Shown: positions 9,905 to 19,442 of the stretch, in pieces
Layout of the letters: every line of letters starts with the position of its first letter
Position numbering within the stretch: the stretch's first letter is position 1
NCBI GenBank assembly: GCA_003560595.1
Contig: PWKY01000076.1
Coordinates: 63 to 64,062, forward strand
DNA: 64,000 bases
Direction: 5' to 3'
Source: Thermoplasmata archaeon
GTDB taxonomy: Archaea > Thermoplasmatota > Thermoplasmata > Halarchaeoplasmatales > Halarchaeoplasmataceae
Notes under the pieces: model-generated
The model's input: the letters and a program-made list of their open reading frames with translations, nothing else
Told to the model about the DNA's origin: nothing
Database searches by the model: none
Translations under genes and position numbers: made by a program

Positions 9905-10615
9905 GTGATACACATGTTTAGGAATACTATAACCGGATTGGATAGGGTTTTTGTGACCGATATAAAACCTCCAAAGGTCGTATTGATTACCGGGCCTCCA
10001 GGCTCAATGAAGACGAGTTTTTGTTACAGTATGATGACAAGATTTGTCGAAAAATCAGGGGCTTTTGGCCTTTACACCACACTAGAGGAAACCGTGGATA
10101 GCCACTTAGCCAACATGAAAAGTCTTGGTATCGATCTGAGTTTGAACATGCAGATCTCAGATATAACCGACCTCAGAGAGATAGATCAGATAGTTGATGA
10201 GGACGAAGAAACGGATTATATAGCCTTCTTGGAGAACATGTTAAGACATTTTAAAAAGGAAAAAGGAGATAGATTCAAAGTCTTTGCTTTGGATTCACTA
10301 GGCGCCCTATATTCTTTGATGGAGCATGAAGAAAACATGCGAAAGAAGATGTTTTACTTCTTCAAACTACTACGGGACTTAGATCTATACAGCTTCGTGG
10401 TCATGGAAAGAAGTATAGGCGGTGAAGCTAATCTACTAGGTAACGAAGGCTTCCTTGTTGACGGAGTGATAATGCTTGGTATAGACCGTAACAGAGGAAA
10501 ACTCACACGTTACCTCCAGATCGAAAAAATGCGGGCTTGTAAACATAGTATGGAAAAACACTCTTTGGAAATCGGGTCAGAGGGTATGAAGATACTCGGA
10601 CCGATATTTGAATAA
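9905..10615 (+). CDS. KaiC-like / RecA-superfamily single-domain ATPase
   Basis: Walker A GPPGSMKTSF, GLYTTLEE (a KaiC-family hallmark), Walker B FALDSL. 236 aa. Confidence 0.7.
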   Translation: MIHMFRNTITGLDRVFVTDIKPPKVVLITGPPGSMKTSFCYSMMTRFVEKSGAFGLYTTLEETVDSHLANMKSLGIDLSLNMQISDITDLREIDQIVDEDEETDYIAFLENMLRHFKKEKGDRFKVFALDSLGALYSLMEHEENMRKKMFYFFKLLRDLDLYSFVVMERSIGGEANLLGNEGFLVDGVIMLGIDRNRGKLTRYLQIEKMRACKHSMEKHSLEIGSEGMKILGPIFE

Positions 10616-10715
10616 ATTTCAAAAGAAAAAAATGCGGGCATATTAGTAAGGTATATAAATTAGAACTACTATGCCCTTATAATTCGTTACAGAATACCCA
10701 CACGGGGGAATAAAA

Positions 10716-11930
10716 TTGCCAGATGAAGATGAGTTTCTTACAGAGATGGAAGGATACGTTAGCAAGATGAAACAGCAGAAAAGCGTCCTTAAAGAAAAGG
10801 AGGCTAAGATAGATCAAAAAGAGGAAGAACTGCTGGAGAAAGAGAAAGAACTTAACTTGGAGAAGCAAACCGTTGCTCAAAAAGGTGAAGAACTTGAGGA
10901 ACTAAAGAAAAATATCGAGGAAAAAAACTCGGCAATTGAAGAATCACGCTCAAAGCTCGACCAAGAAAGAACTGAGATCAAATCGGTGAGAGATTCGCTC
11001 TTGAGTAAAATACAAGATGTAGAAAGTCTCAAAGAAAATGTCTTATCTCGAAAACAAAAATTGGTCGAAAGAGAAGAGGCCATGGTTCAACGTGAAGAAG
11101 ATCTAGATGAGAGAGAGAATTTGATAGTTTCTAAAGAAGAAGATGTTCTCAACAAACGTTCACAGCTTTTAGATACACTATCTGATTTAAAAACCTCTTT
11201 AGATGATTCATTGAATAAAAGTAAAGACATAATCACGAAGGAAAGACAACTCCTAGATCAAGACAAGAAATTATCTGACACTAGAAGCCGCTTATTGGAT
11301 GCACATAAAAAGATGTTAGAACGTCAAAAAGAAGCCCTTTCTGAGGAGATGGAGATCGAGATGGATGTTCCAGATTTACCAGAGAGAGAAGACGTTACCA
11401 CTGAAGAGATAGGTGAAATCCCGAAAACAGAAGTAGAACCTATGTCGGAGGAGGAAGAGGAACCTGAGGAAGAGCCCGAACCGGAAGAAGAACCCGAGGA
11501 AGAGCCGGAAGAGGAAGAAGAACCCGAGGAAGAGGAACCGGAAGAAGAACCTGAACCTGAAGAGGAGCCGGAAGAAGATGGACAGGTCGAATGTCCAAGC
11601 TGCGGAACCGAACTCAGCGCAGATGCGGAGATTTGCTACGCATGTGGAACTGAATTGGGTGAAGAGGAAGAAGAACCCGAGGAAGAGCCGGCAGAGGAAG
11701 AAGATGGACAGGTCGAATGTCCAAGCTGCGGAACCGAACTCAGTGCTGATGCAGAGATATGCTACGCATGTGGAACTGAATTGGGTGGAGAGGAAGAAGG
11801 TGATGAAGGAGGAGAATTGAACTGTTCAGTATGTGGAACGGAACTAAGCCCCGATGCAGAGATGTGTTACGCATGTGGTTCCGAAGTAGGAGAGGAAGAA
11901 AAATCAACGAGCAAAAAGAAGATCGTCTAA
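10716..11930 (+). CDS. Coiled-coil protein with acidic EEPE repeats and three C-terminal zinc-ribbon modules
   Basis: About 220 aa of heptad-like K/E-rich sequence, then a (EEPEEEPE)n tract, then three copies of CPSCGTELSADAEICYACGTEL. Confidence 0.6.
   Translation: MPDEDEFLTEMEGYVSKMKQQKSVLKEKEAKIDQKEEELLEKEKELNLEKQTVAQKGEELEELKKNIEEKNSAIEESRSKLDQERTEIKSVRDSLLSKIQDVESLKENVLSRKQKLVEREEAMVQREEDLDERENLIVSKEEDVLNKRSQLLDTLSDLKTSLDDSLNKSKDIITKERQLLDQDKKLSDTRSRLLDAHKKMLERQKEALSEEMEIEMDVPDLPEREDVTTEEIGEIPKTEVEPMSEEEEEPEEEPEPEEEPEEEPEEEEEPEEEEPEEEPEPEEEPEEDGQVECPSCGTELSADAEICYACGTELGEEEEEPEEEPAEEEDGQVECPSCGTELSADAEICYACGTELGGEEEGDEGGELNCSVCGTELSPDAEMCYACGSEVGEEEKSTSKKKIV
11575..11785 (+). repeat. 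Intragenic tandem duplication (period 123 bp, about 96% identity) encoding the zinc-ribbon modules
   Basis: Roughly 11575-11662 and 11698-11785 are near-identical. The two copies differ only at synonymous sites. The alternative-frame ORF 11578..11820 is its shadow. Confidence 0.8.
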
Positions 11931-11985
11931 ACCTCTCAGAAAACCTTTTATCCCCTTTTTTACTTCTTTTATATGTTGATCAAAC

Positions 11986-13158
11986 GTGTTGCCTGAGAAA
12001 ATCATGGTATCTATAGTCACATCCGTATTGGGTATATTTAGCCCAGATGAGTCATCCCTCGATACAGACATGATGATAGAGCGGGCCGAGGAATTGTGTG
12101 ATGAAAAGAGGTATTTAGAAGCTATAGAACTATATAACATATTACTGAAATATAATAATGATGAAGTCGTCGCTAACAACAAAGGGGTGGCTTTTGATTC
12201 TATGGGGATGCACAAAGAAGCCATAGAAGCCTATGAGTTAGCATTACAGATAAATCCCAACTATGTTACCGCCTGGTATAACAAAGCCAATTCATACACG
12301 TATCTCGGGGAAGATGAAACAGCTATAGAATCTTACGATCGGGTGATAGAGCTAGATCCAAGCAATCACCAGGCTTACTTCGACAAAGCATTCGCCTACG
12401 CAGCTCTAGGAAAGGCTAGAGCAGCTAAGAGATGGGCTAAAGAAGGAGTTACAAAGGGTGAAGAGAGTTTAGATAGGCTACTCATTTCTAAAGGGGAAGT
12501 TTATGAGGAGATCGGAGATTATAAGGGTGCTAACAAGATCTATAAAAAAGCCCTTGTGGAAAACCCAAATAACCTAAAAGCGTTAAAAAAGATCGCAGAT
12601 GTGTATATGGACCTTGGACGATACGAAGAGGCTGTAAAAAAATACGATGAATATCTAGATCATATTCCAGATGATGAAGAGGTTTGGAACAACAAGGGTT
12701 ATGGTTTATTTTCACTAGGATATTATCAAAAAAGTATAAATTGTTACAAACGTGCTTTGGGCCTGAATCCATATTACGGATCTGCACATTACAATATGGG
12801 GTATATTTTGCATACGATGGGGGATTATAAAAAAGCTATCGATCACTACAAAGATGCTTCAAAATACAGTACTCAAAACGAAGTCCTTTGGAACAACATC
12901 GGGAATGCACTCTATAATCTAGAAAGATATGAGGAGTCTATACCATATTTCGTTAAATCCATCGAAGTAAATCCTGATTATGAGATCGCGTGGAACAATA
13001 TCGGGAATGCAAAAAACAAGCTGGGAAAGCATGAAGAGTCCATAGAATATCACGAAAAAGCATTAGAAATCAAACCGGATTTCGACTATGCACTTCTCGC
13101 TTTAGGTTATTCACTAGCTAAGACCGGAAAAAAAGAAAAGGGTTTGGAAAAAATTTAG
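11986..13158 (+). CDS. TPR-repeat protein, N-terminal part (ends at an in-frame TAG)
   Basis: About 10 TPR units (W-LG-Y-A-Y-A-P pattern). Same reading frame as ORF 13222..14133. Confidence 0.6.
   Translation: MLPEKIMVSIVTSVLGIFSPDESSLDTDMMIERAEELCDEKRYLEAIELYNILLKYNNDEVVANNKGVAFDSMGMHKEAIEAYELALQINPNYVTAWYNKANSYTYLGEDETAIESYDRVIELDPSNHQAYFDKAFAYAALGKARAAKRWAKEGVTKGEESLDRLLISKGEVYEEIGDYKGANKIYKKALVENPNNLKALKKIADVYMDLGRYEEAVKKYDEYLDHIPDDEEVWNNKGYGLFSLGYYQKSINCYKRALGLNPYYGSAHYNMGYILHTMGDYKKAIDHYKDASKYSTQNEVLWNNIGNALYNLERYEESIPYFVKSIEVNPDYEIAWNNIGNAKNKLGKHEESIEYHEKALEIKPDFDYALLALGYSLAKTGKKEKGLEKI
13156..13158 (+). other. In-frame TAG interrupting a continuous TPR reading frame
   Basis: Translation through the TAG gives ...GLEKI*LSLDLNPDYEKAWYYRAEILQMMGRYEDAL..., a perfect TPR unit running into the next ORF with no frameshift. 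Confidence 0.8.
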
Positions 13159-13221
13159 CTATCCTTAGATCTCAATCCTGATTACGAAAAAGCATGGTAT
13201 TATAGAGCCGAGATACTTCAG

Positions 13222-14133
13222 ATGATGGGGAGATACGAAGATGCTTTGGAATCTCTAGATATGGCTTTAGATAAAGATGCTTTACTTGCAGACGCTTATA
13301 AATTGAGAGGAGAGATACTGGAGTCGGTGAAGAATTACGATGAAGCGATGGATGCCTTCAATAAAGCCTTGAAAACCTACGATAAGTTGTTCACATCGTA
13401 CAACGATCTTTCAGCACTTGTTGACAAAGGCAAACTATACGAAGAACTTGGTAGGTTCCAAGATGCGATGAAAACGTATGATACTGCCTTGGATATCGAT
13501 GATTCTAAAGGCTACTTATGGAAACAGAAAGCCGAATTACATATAGATATGGAGGAGTACCGAGAAGCGTTGGTGGCAGCAGATAAGGGGCTACAGCTAG
13601 AAAATTCTTCAGATTTCTTTATCTTAATGGGAAGAGCTTTTGATGGATTAGGTAATAAAGAAAAAGCAAGGAATTTTTTCCAAAAGGCATCAGAGGAAGA
13701 TGGGGCTGATGCTAGGGTAACGTTTGCGGGATATCTATCCGAACTAGAAGAATATGAAGAAGCTTTAGAAGTACTGGAAGATGAAGACTTGAACGAAAAA
13801 TTAACTAGAGCTAACATACTTTCTGATATGGGGGAATTTCAAGAAGCTGCACCTCTTTTTAAAGAAGTTATCCATCGAGAAGAAAATAGTTTAGATGCAT
13901 GGTTTGGACTGGGTAAAGCACTTTTCGAAACCGGAGATATGAAGGGGGCATCAAAGGCATACGATACATGCATAGGTTTATCGGAAGATTTTGGGCCGGC
14001 ATGGTACGATAAAGCTTTGATCTTCAAGGCAAAGGGAGATACGAAACAAGCTTTAGAGTACGCTAATATAGCCACAGATCTAGGAGTCACTGAAGCAGTA
14101 ACATTGGCGGAAGAACTGGGCAAAAAGGTTTAG
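13222..14133 (+). CDS. TPR-repeat protein, C-terminal part (same frame as 11986..13158)
   Basis: TPR units continue. TAG stop followed by a second in-frame TAG two codons later. Confidence 0.6.
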   Translation: MMGRYEDALESLDMALDKDALLADAYKLRGEILESVKNYDEAMDAFNKALKTYDKLFTSYNDLSALVDKGKLYEELGRFQDAMKTYDTALDIDDSKGYLWKQKAELHIDMEEYREALVAADKGLQLENSSDFFILMGRAFDGLGNKEKARNFFQKASEEDGADARVTFAGYLSELEEYEEALEVLEDEDLNEKLTRANILSDMGEFQEAAPLFKEVIHREENSLDAWFGLGKALFETGDMKGASKAYDTCIGLSEDFGPAWYDKALIFKAKGDTKQALEYANIATDLGVTEAVTLAEELGKKV

Positions 14134-14969
14134 TGTTAGTTTCTTTTACCGGATATATGATACGATTAGGACCAGGGGGAACTCCACACGGTGTTAAGGG
14201 TACTAAAAACAGCATGGCGCATCTTGAAAAGATCGGTTTAAATGCTATGGAAGTTCAGTTCGTGCGAGGAGTACGGATGAAGGATTCAACCGCCATCGCC
14301 ATCGGAAAGGAGGCTGAAAAGCATGGGATCCATCTGAGTGTACATGCACCTTACTACATCAATCTTAATTCAGAAGATGAAGATACTATCGAAAAAAGTA
14401 AAGAACGCATCCTAAACAGTGCTAGAAAGGCTCATCTGATGGGTGCTGAAGTGATAGTTGTTCATGCTGGTTACTACGGTGATCTAAATAGTAAAGAAAC
14501 TACTGCAAATATCGGAGAGGGTGTAGTTGAGTGCGGTGAAATCATCACGGATGAAGGATTGGAAGTCAAGATCGGTCTTGAGCAGATGGGGCGTGTAAAA
14601 AGTTGGGGAACGTTGGATGAGATTGAAAAAGTCATAAAGAAAACAGATGTCGCCGTACCTGTGATCGATTTTGCCCATTATCATGCTAGATATGGGGGTA
14701 CTTTGAAAACTAAGGACGATTTTGAATACCTGCTGAAAAAATATGAGGGGATACAAAAAGGATCACTTCACAGCCATTATTCATCCATCGAATATAACGA
14801 AACCGGAGAACGAAAGCATTTAAATCTAGAGGATCAGGAACCTGATTTCAAACTACTAGCCCCGATATTACTGGAAAGGGATTACGATATAACTATAATC
14901 TGTGAAACACCAGAACTAGATCGAGATAGTTTGAGGATGAAAAATATATTGAAGGATCATACACCTTGA
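14133..14969 (+). CDS. AP endonuclease family 2 (endonuclease IV / xylose-isomerase-like TIM barrel)
   Basis: HAPYYINL, VVHAG, FAHYHA metal-ligand-like motifs. True start is probably the ATG about 27 nt downstream (MIRLGPGG). Confidence 0.6.
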   Translation: MLVSFTGYMIRLGPGGTPHGVKGTKNSMAHLEKIGLNAMEVQFVRGVRMKDSTAIAIGKEAEKHGIHLSVHAPYYINLNSEDEDTIEKSKERILNSARKAHLMGAEVIVVHAGYYGDLNSKETTANIGEGVVECGEIITDEGLEVKIGLEQMGRVKSWGTLDEIEKVIKKTDVAVPVIDFAHYHARYGGTLKTKDDFEYLLKKYEGIQKGSLHSHYSSIEYNETGERKHLNLEDQEPDFKLLAPILLERDYDITIICETPELDRDSLRMKNILKDHTP

Positions 14970-17368
14970 ATTCTAGATACACCGTCTTCCTTTTTTACCG
15001 TGTACTCAACTTCTGCAAGGTTAGCGATCTCGTTCTCATGTGAAACGATTATTATTTGATCTGCATTGGTCTTTTCAAGCACATCTTTTAAACGAGTTAA
15101 CTGCTCCCGACTGAATCCGGTAGTAGGTTCATCAAGGACGAGAAGATTGCTCTCCAATCCCAACTGTTCCTTGATCATGGTGTTAAAAGCCAAACGGTAT
15201 GCTAGTGCCACGGATGTTCTTTCTCCACCGCTCAGATCATCCACACGGGTAACGTTCTTTGAGGTCGTGATCACAGGGGCGAATTTATCGTCTAATCTAG
15301 CGTATTTTTCATGATCATCAAGTATCTCGTTGAACCAGTTTCTAAAGTAGTTTTCAAATTGTTTATTTATCTGGATCATGCGGTGCTCTTCCATAGTCCT
15401 GATGGATTCCTTGAAAGGACCTTCTAACCATGATTTTACTATCCTGTATTCCCTAGCCTTGCGACGGAAGTCCTTCATCTTCTTAATTTTCTCCTTGATA
15501 CTAACGATGTCTTGTTCCATATTTTTTAGTATTTTGTTTATGTTTTCAATGCGTTCTTTGAGTTGGCTTTGAACAGCTATAGCACGTTGATGTTGTGATC
15601 GGCACTCCTTGAATTCATGTTCAGAGAATTCATCACCCAGTTCCTCTAGGCGGCCCTTTATATCTATGATATCATCCTTTGTTTTGTCAATATCTGCACG
15701 TTTAGTTTCAATTTTATTTTCTAAATCATGGCGTTTTTTCAGCTTTTCAAGTAATGCGATGTATTCATCTCTATACTCGCTGAGTTCATCGACATTTGAT
15801 TCAATTTCATCAAGATCTTTAGAACTCCATTCGAATGATTCTAGCTCTTCTTTTAACTGACGTATCTCATAGTCATGTTTTGCTATTTTTTCTTTTAAAG
15901 TGGAAATTTCATCCTGGATCCCATCCAATATTTCGAGTTCTTTTTCCTGAGTATAGAGTTCTCTCTCAGTCTTGGATAGTTCTTCTACACGTTGGCGAAT
16001 TTCAGACGATTTCTTCTTTATATCGTCCTTCTTCTCTTTCAATTCATCCTCTTCCTTCTTTATATCTTGGAGCTTATCATCGATCTCGCCTAGGATTAAA
16101 GAAACATGTTCTTGAGATATCGGTTGTTTACACTTCGGGCATTCAGCCTCCTCCTCTAAATCCCCGATTTCCCTTTTTTCCTGTAACAGAGAATCTTTCT
16201 CGTTATGCAACGACCTTAGGTCTCCATTGATCTCAGAGATCTTATCCATCAAAGCCCTTTTTTTAGATTTTAACTCTTTCAATTTTTTCCGCAGATCTTT
16301 TTTATCATGGATAGACCTTTCTAATTCCTCTTTCTTTTCCAGCTTTCCACGAACCTTATCTAGTTCTTTTCTCTCCACCTCTATACGTGTAGACAGAGCT
16401 TGATGTTTTCTCTCAAGAGACTCCCTCTGCCTCACCGATAGTTTCACATCTTCAAGTTTTGATTTTAACTCATCATACTCTTCTTTCTTTTTCTTAAGTT
16501 CACCTAATCGAGATTCTTCTTTGATCAGTCTCTGCAGCTCTTTTTCCTTTTCCATCAACTCTTTTTCTAACCGTTCCAATCGGGCTTTAAGATTACTTTT
16601 TTTATTTAACAAAGATGTTCGTTCTTCGTTTAATTTGGTAAGCTCTTTCAATTTACTATCTAAAGTAGCGAGTTTTTTATTTATATTTGTCAACCGCTGT
16701 TGTGAATCTTTCGATTCCTCCTTTTTTTCTTCTCTCCTTACTTTCAACTCACTGAGTTCGTCTTTGAAATCGTCGAGTAATTCAGCCCGAGTCTCCATCT
16801 TGGTTATCTCGTTCTTCAACTCTCTGTTTAGTATAGATATATTGTCAACGGCACGTTTATAGTCTTCTAGATTGAAAACACGTCTTATGGATGTCAAACG
16901 ACGATCATCGTTTATAGATAAAATTTCGTTCATCCTTTCCTGGGGAATATAAATGCCCATATGGAACGTTTCTACTTTATAACCGGTACCCTCTCTCAGC
17001 TTGAGAAGAGAATCTATCTTATCTCTCATCTCTCTCCAAGATAGTTCCATCCTTGTATCATCCACATCTATATAACATTCGTGAGGTTGTATACCATTGG
17101 AGGCACGTTTTATGCTTCGGTAAGCGGTGTAATCAACATCGTCCACCTGAAAATCTAGCTTTACCCATGCAGAATCCTTACCATGACGCAGGAGCTTATC
17201 ATAAAAATGCTGTTGAGTACCCCCAAATAAAACGAATTCCAAAGCCAAAAGCAATGAGGACTTACCTGAACCTATGTCTCCTTGAAATAAGATGATGCCA
17301 GGGGTGAATTCAACGACCTCGTGCTTGTAACTGCGGATGTTTTCTAACTCCATCTTGTTTAATATCAA
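14957..17368 (-). CDS. rad50: DNA double-strand break repair ATPase Rad50
   Basis: Walker A GDIGSGKSS, long coiled coil with CPKC zinc hook, C-terminal signature LSGGE and D-loop VLDEP. Confidence 0.9.
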   Translation of the reverse strand: MILNKMELENIRSYKHEVVEFTPGIILFQGDIGSGKSSLLLALEFVLFGGTQQHFYDKLLRHGKDSAWVKLDFQVDDVDYTAYRSIKRASNGIQPHECYIDVDDTRMELSWREMRDKIDSLLKLREGTGYKVETFHMGIYIPQERMNEILSINDDRRLTSIRRVFNLEDYKRAVDNISILNRELKNEITKMETRAELLDDFKDELSELKVRREEKKEESKDSQQRLTNINKKLATLDSKLKELTKLNEERTSLLNKKSNLKARLERLEKELMEKEKELQRLIKEESRLGELKKKKEEYDELKSKLEDVKLSVRQRESLERKHQALSTRIEVERKELDKVRGKLEKKEELERSIHDKKDLRKKLKELKSKKRALMDKISEINGDLRSLHNEKDSLLQEKREIGDLEEEAECPKCKQPISQEHVSLILGEIDDKLQDIKKEEDELKEKKDDIKKKSSEIRQRVEELSKTERELYTQEKELEILDGIQDEISTLKEKIAKHDYEIRQLKEELESFEWSSKDLDEIESNVDELSEYRDEYIALLEKLKKRHDLENKIETKRADIDKTKDDIIDIKGRLEELGDEFSEHEFKECRSQHQRAIAVQSQLKERIENINKILKNMEQDIVSIKEKIKKMKDFRRKAREYRIVKSWLEGPFKESIRTMEEHRMIQINKQFENYFRNWFNEILDDHEKYARLDDKFAPVITTSKNVTRVDDLSGGERTSVALAYRLAFNTMIKEQLGLESNLLVLDEPTTGFSREQLTRLKDVLEKTNADQIIIVSHENEIANLAEVEYTVKKEDGVSRIQGV

Positions 17369-18633
17369 TTTACATCACCCGCGTAGTCTCCCAGTGTGAT
17401 CTGCTGTTGTCTTTTTCTATCTTTTTTCTTCTCTCCAGTCTTTTGGATCTGAGGTTCTTTCAATCCTTCTATCAATGCATATGATTGAGCCCATATCCTA
17501 TTTTCGTAATCAGTGGTCGTTTCTCCTTCTTTTTTATCACTCTTAAGGACTCTGAGTAGGTCCGCAGCAAAATCGTTTGAAATACCTTCTGGAGTACCGT
17601 ATTCTTCTATCACTTGTTTTTCTACCTCGTCCTCTCTCTCTTCGTTGATCTTGACTTTATCGTTAGTCACTCTCTCCAGTGAATTTTTGTTAAAGAATAC
17701 TGTAGCATCATCACCTCTTTCAAACAAACGTATTATCCTTGAAAAATCTATGTCTTCAGGTGATCCTTCAATAAGCTTGCCGTGTACCTTCAAAAGTATG
17801 ATGTCACCTTCTTGGTTATTATCACCTTTCTCTATCAAGATATCCTCTAGCTCTGAAGATGTATGTCCTTCAGCGTTTATCTTTACCCTGGTTATTTCAC
17901 ATACCTCCAAAGGTACATACTCCGGCTTCCAATCATCTACTATGTAAAAACCTCTTTTTGATTCCCTCTCTAGATCGGTATATGAAGAACCGAAGGTTGC
18001 ACCGGGATAAACCACGTGACTGCCATCTTTTTTATCCGTCAAGGGACGATGGATATGCCCTCCTGCGTAGTAATCATAACCCCCTGGTAAAAACGATATG
18101 GGTAGAAGGTTTTTCTCAGGTATATCTGTGGGCTGCATCTCTGCTATCGGTGAATGGAAAACAAATATTCCCTTTCCCTCAGGAACGTCTATATCGAGTT
18201 GATCATAGTATCCCTTCTCCAATCTGTTTTTTCTTCCACTCAATCCAGTTATACTTACACCGGTAGGATCTTGAACAGTTGTCAGACGATTGTCTGATTC
18301 TAAATAGTTGACCACGTTCTTGAATAGCTCGGCGCTCTCTAGTACATCGATCAATGAGGCACTAGCAAGATTGTAGTCGTGAGAACCATAGACTGAGTAA
18401 ATGTTTATACCATGATTTTTTACTTTCATCAATAATTTAACTGCCCGATTAACTATGTCCATATCCGGGAGTGGATTGTGAAAAAGATCTCCTGCGATTA
18501 TGATAAAATCTACACCCCGGCTTATACAGATATCTAAAGCCTTTTCAAATGCCTTTATATTATATTCTCTCAACGTTGGCTTTCGACCAAATGCGCCAAG
18601 ATGACAATCGGCTAGATGAGCAAATCTCACCAT
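17365..18633 (-). CDS. mre11: DNA repair nuclease Mre11 (calcineurin-like phosphoesterase)
   Basis: Phosphoesterase motifs (HLADCHLG, GDLFH, GSHD, GHIH). Overlaps rad50 by 4 nt. Confidence 0.85.
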   Translation of the reverse strand: MVRFAHLADCHLGAFGRKPTLREYNIKAFEKALDICISRGVDFIIIAGDLFHNPLPDMDIVNRAVKLLMKVKNHGINIYSVYGSHDYNLASASLIDVLESAELFKNVVNYLESDNRLTTVQDPTGVSITGLSGRKNRLEKGYYDQLDIDVPEGKGIFVFHSPIAEMQPTDIPEKNLLPISFLPGGYDYYAGGHIHRPLTDKKDGSHVVYPGATFGSSYTDLERESKRGFYIVDDWKPEYVPLEVCEITRVKINAEGHTSSELEDILIEKGDNNQEGDIILLKVHGKLIEGSPEDIDFSRIIRLFERGDDATVFFNKNSLERVTNDKVKINEEREDEVEKQVIEEYGTPEGISNDFAADLLRVLKSDKKEGETTTDYENRIWAQSYALIEGLKEPQIQKTGEKKKDRKRQQQITLGDYAGDVN

Positions 18634-18688
18634 ACGTACATCCGATTACATTAACTAATAAAAGACTTTATGGGGGACTATACTAAAA

Positions 18689-19423
18689 GTGGTAAAGGGT
18701 AGAAAGCAAAATAGTAAAATAAATAAAGGGAATAGTCGTGACTCAAGGTGGTGTATCAATATATCGATGAAAAGCAAGCCTGTAGCAGAAAAAGAATTTG
18801 TTGTGATATTTGACCTAGACGGTACGCTATTCAGAACTAGAGATGTGGTTTTGCCCGCTGTTAAAAGTGCTTTAAAAGATGCTGGATTGCCAGGAGCGAA
18901 AGACTCAAAGATCATTTCACTTCTAGGAGAAAAAACAGATGAATTCTGCAGACAGTTGGCCTATGGAGCCGACGATGAGCAACTATCAACATTTATAGAA
19001 AGATTAGGACATCATGAGATCCATCATATTCGAAAAAAAGGAACGCTGTTTGAAGGGACTAAAGAGGTACTGGATGAGTTGAAAATAATGGGATATCCCA
19101 TCGCACTCTGCAGCAATGGAAGTGTGGATTATGTGGAATTTGTACTTTACACTATGGATATCATGGATTATTTTGATTTCATATCGTGTGATGAAAAACA
19201 AAAAACCAAAGGAGAGATGATCAAGGATATACAGAATTATCTCGAACTTCAGAAAGGTGTCATGGTCGGAGACTCAAAACATGATATATCAGGTGCTTCT
19301 TCGATAGGTATGCCTAGCGTGGGAGTGAAATACGGTTATGGAGATATAAGTGGTGCGACTTACAAGATCAAACAGATCGATGAGCTATTAGATATAGTCC
19401 AATCGCTAACCAAAGACTCATGA
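18689..19423 (+). CDS. HAD-superfamily hydrolase (phosphatase)
   Basis: Motif I FDLDGTL, motif III/IV GDSKHD. True start is probably the internal ATG near 18764 (MKSKPVAEKEF). Confidence 0.7.
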   Translation: MVKGRKQNSKINKGNSRDSRWCINISMKSKPVAEKEFVVIFDLDGTLFRTRDVVLPAVKSALKDAGLPGAKDSKIISLLGEKTDEFCRQLAYGADDEQLSTFIERLGHHEIHHIRKKGTLFEGTKEVLDELKIMGYPIALCSNGSVDYVEFVLYTMDIMDYFDFISCDEKQKTKGEMIKDIQNYLELQKGVMVGDSKHDISGASSIGMPSVGVKYGYGDISGATYKIKQIDELLDIVQSLTKDS

Positions 19424-19442
19424 TCTTCAGACATATATAATA

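Noticed and set aside
11440-11600. Regularly spaced short repeats that look superficially like a CRISPR array or a simple-sequence locus
   Set aside because: They are the GAR-rich coding sequence for the (EEPEEEPE)n tract inside an intact ORF. There is no repeat-spacer architecture.
11578-11820. 80-aa ORF with an internally duplicated peptide (MDRSNVQAAEPNS…)
   Set aside because: It is an out-of-frame shadow of the duplicated zinc-ribbon modules in the real gene 10716..11930.
13156-13158. TAG as a pyrrolysine or other sense codon (genetic-code reassignment)
   Set aside because: TAG cleanly terminates at least eight otherwise intact genes here: the XPD helicase, GNAT, YjbQ, rfcS, the giant TPR gene, rio1, alba and a PQQ protein. 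Genome-wide recoding is therefore unlikely. A local mutation or error is more plausible.
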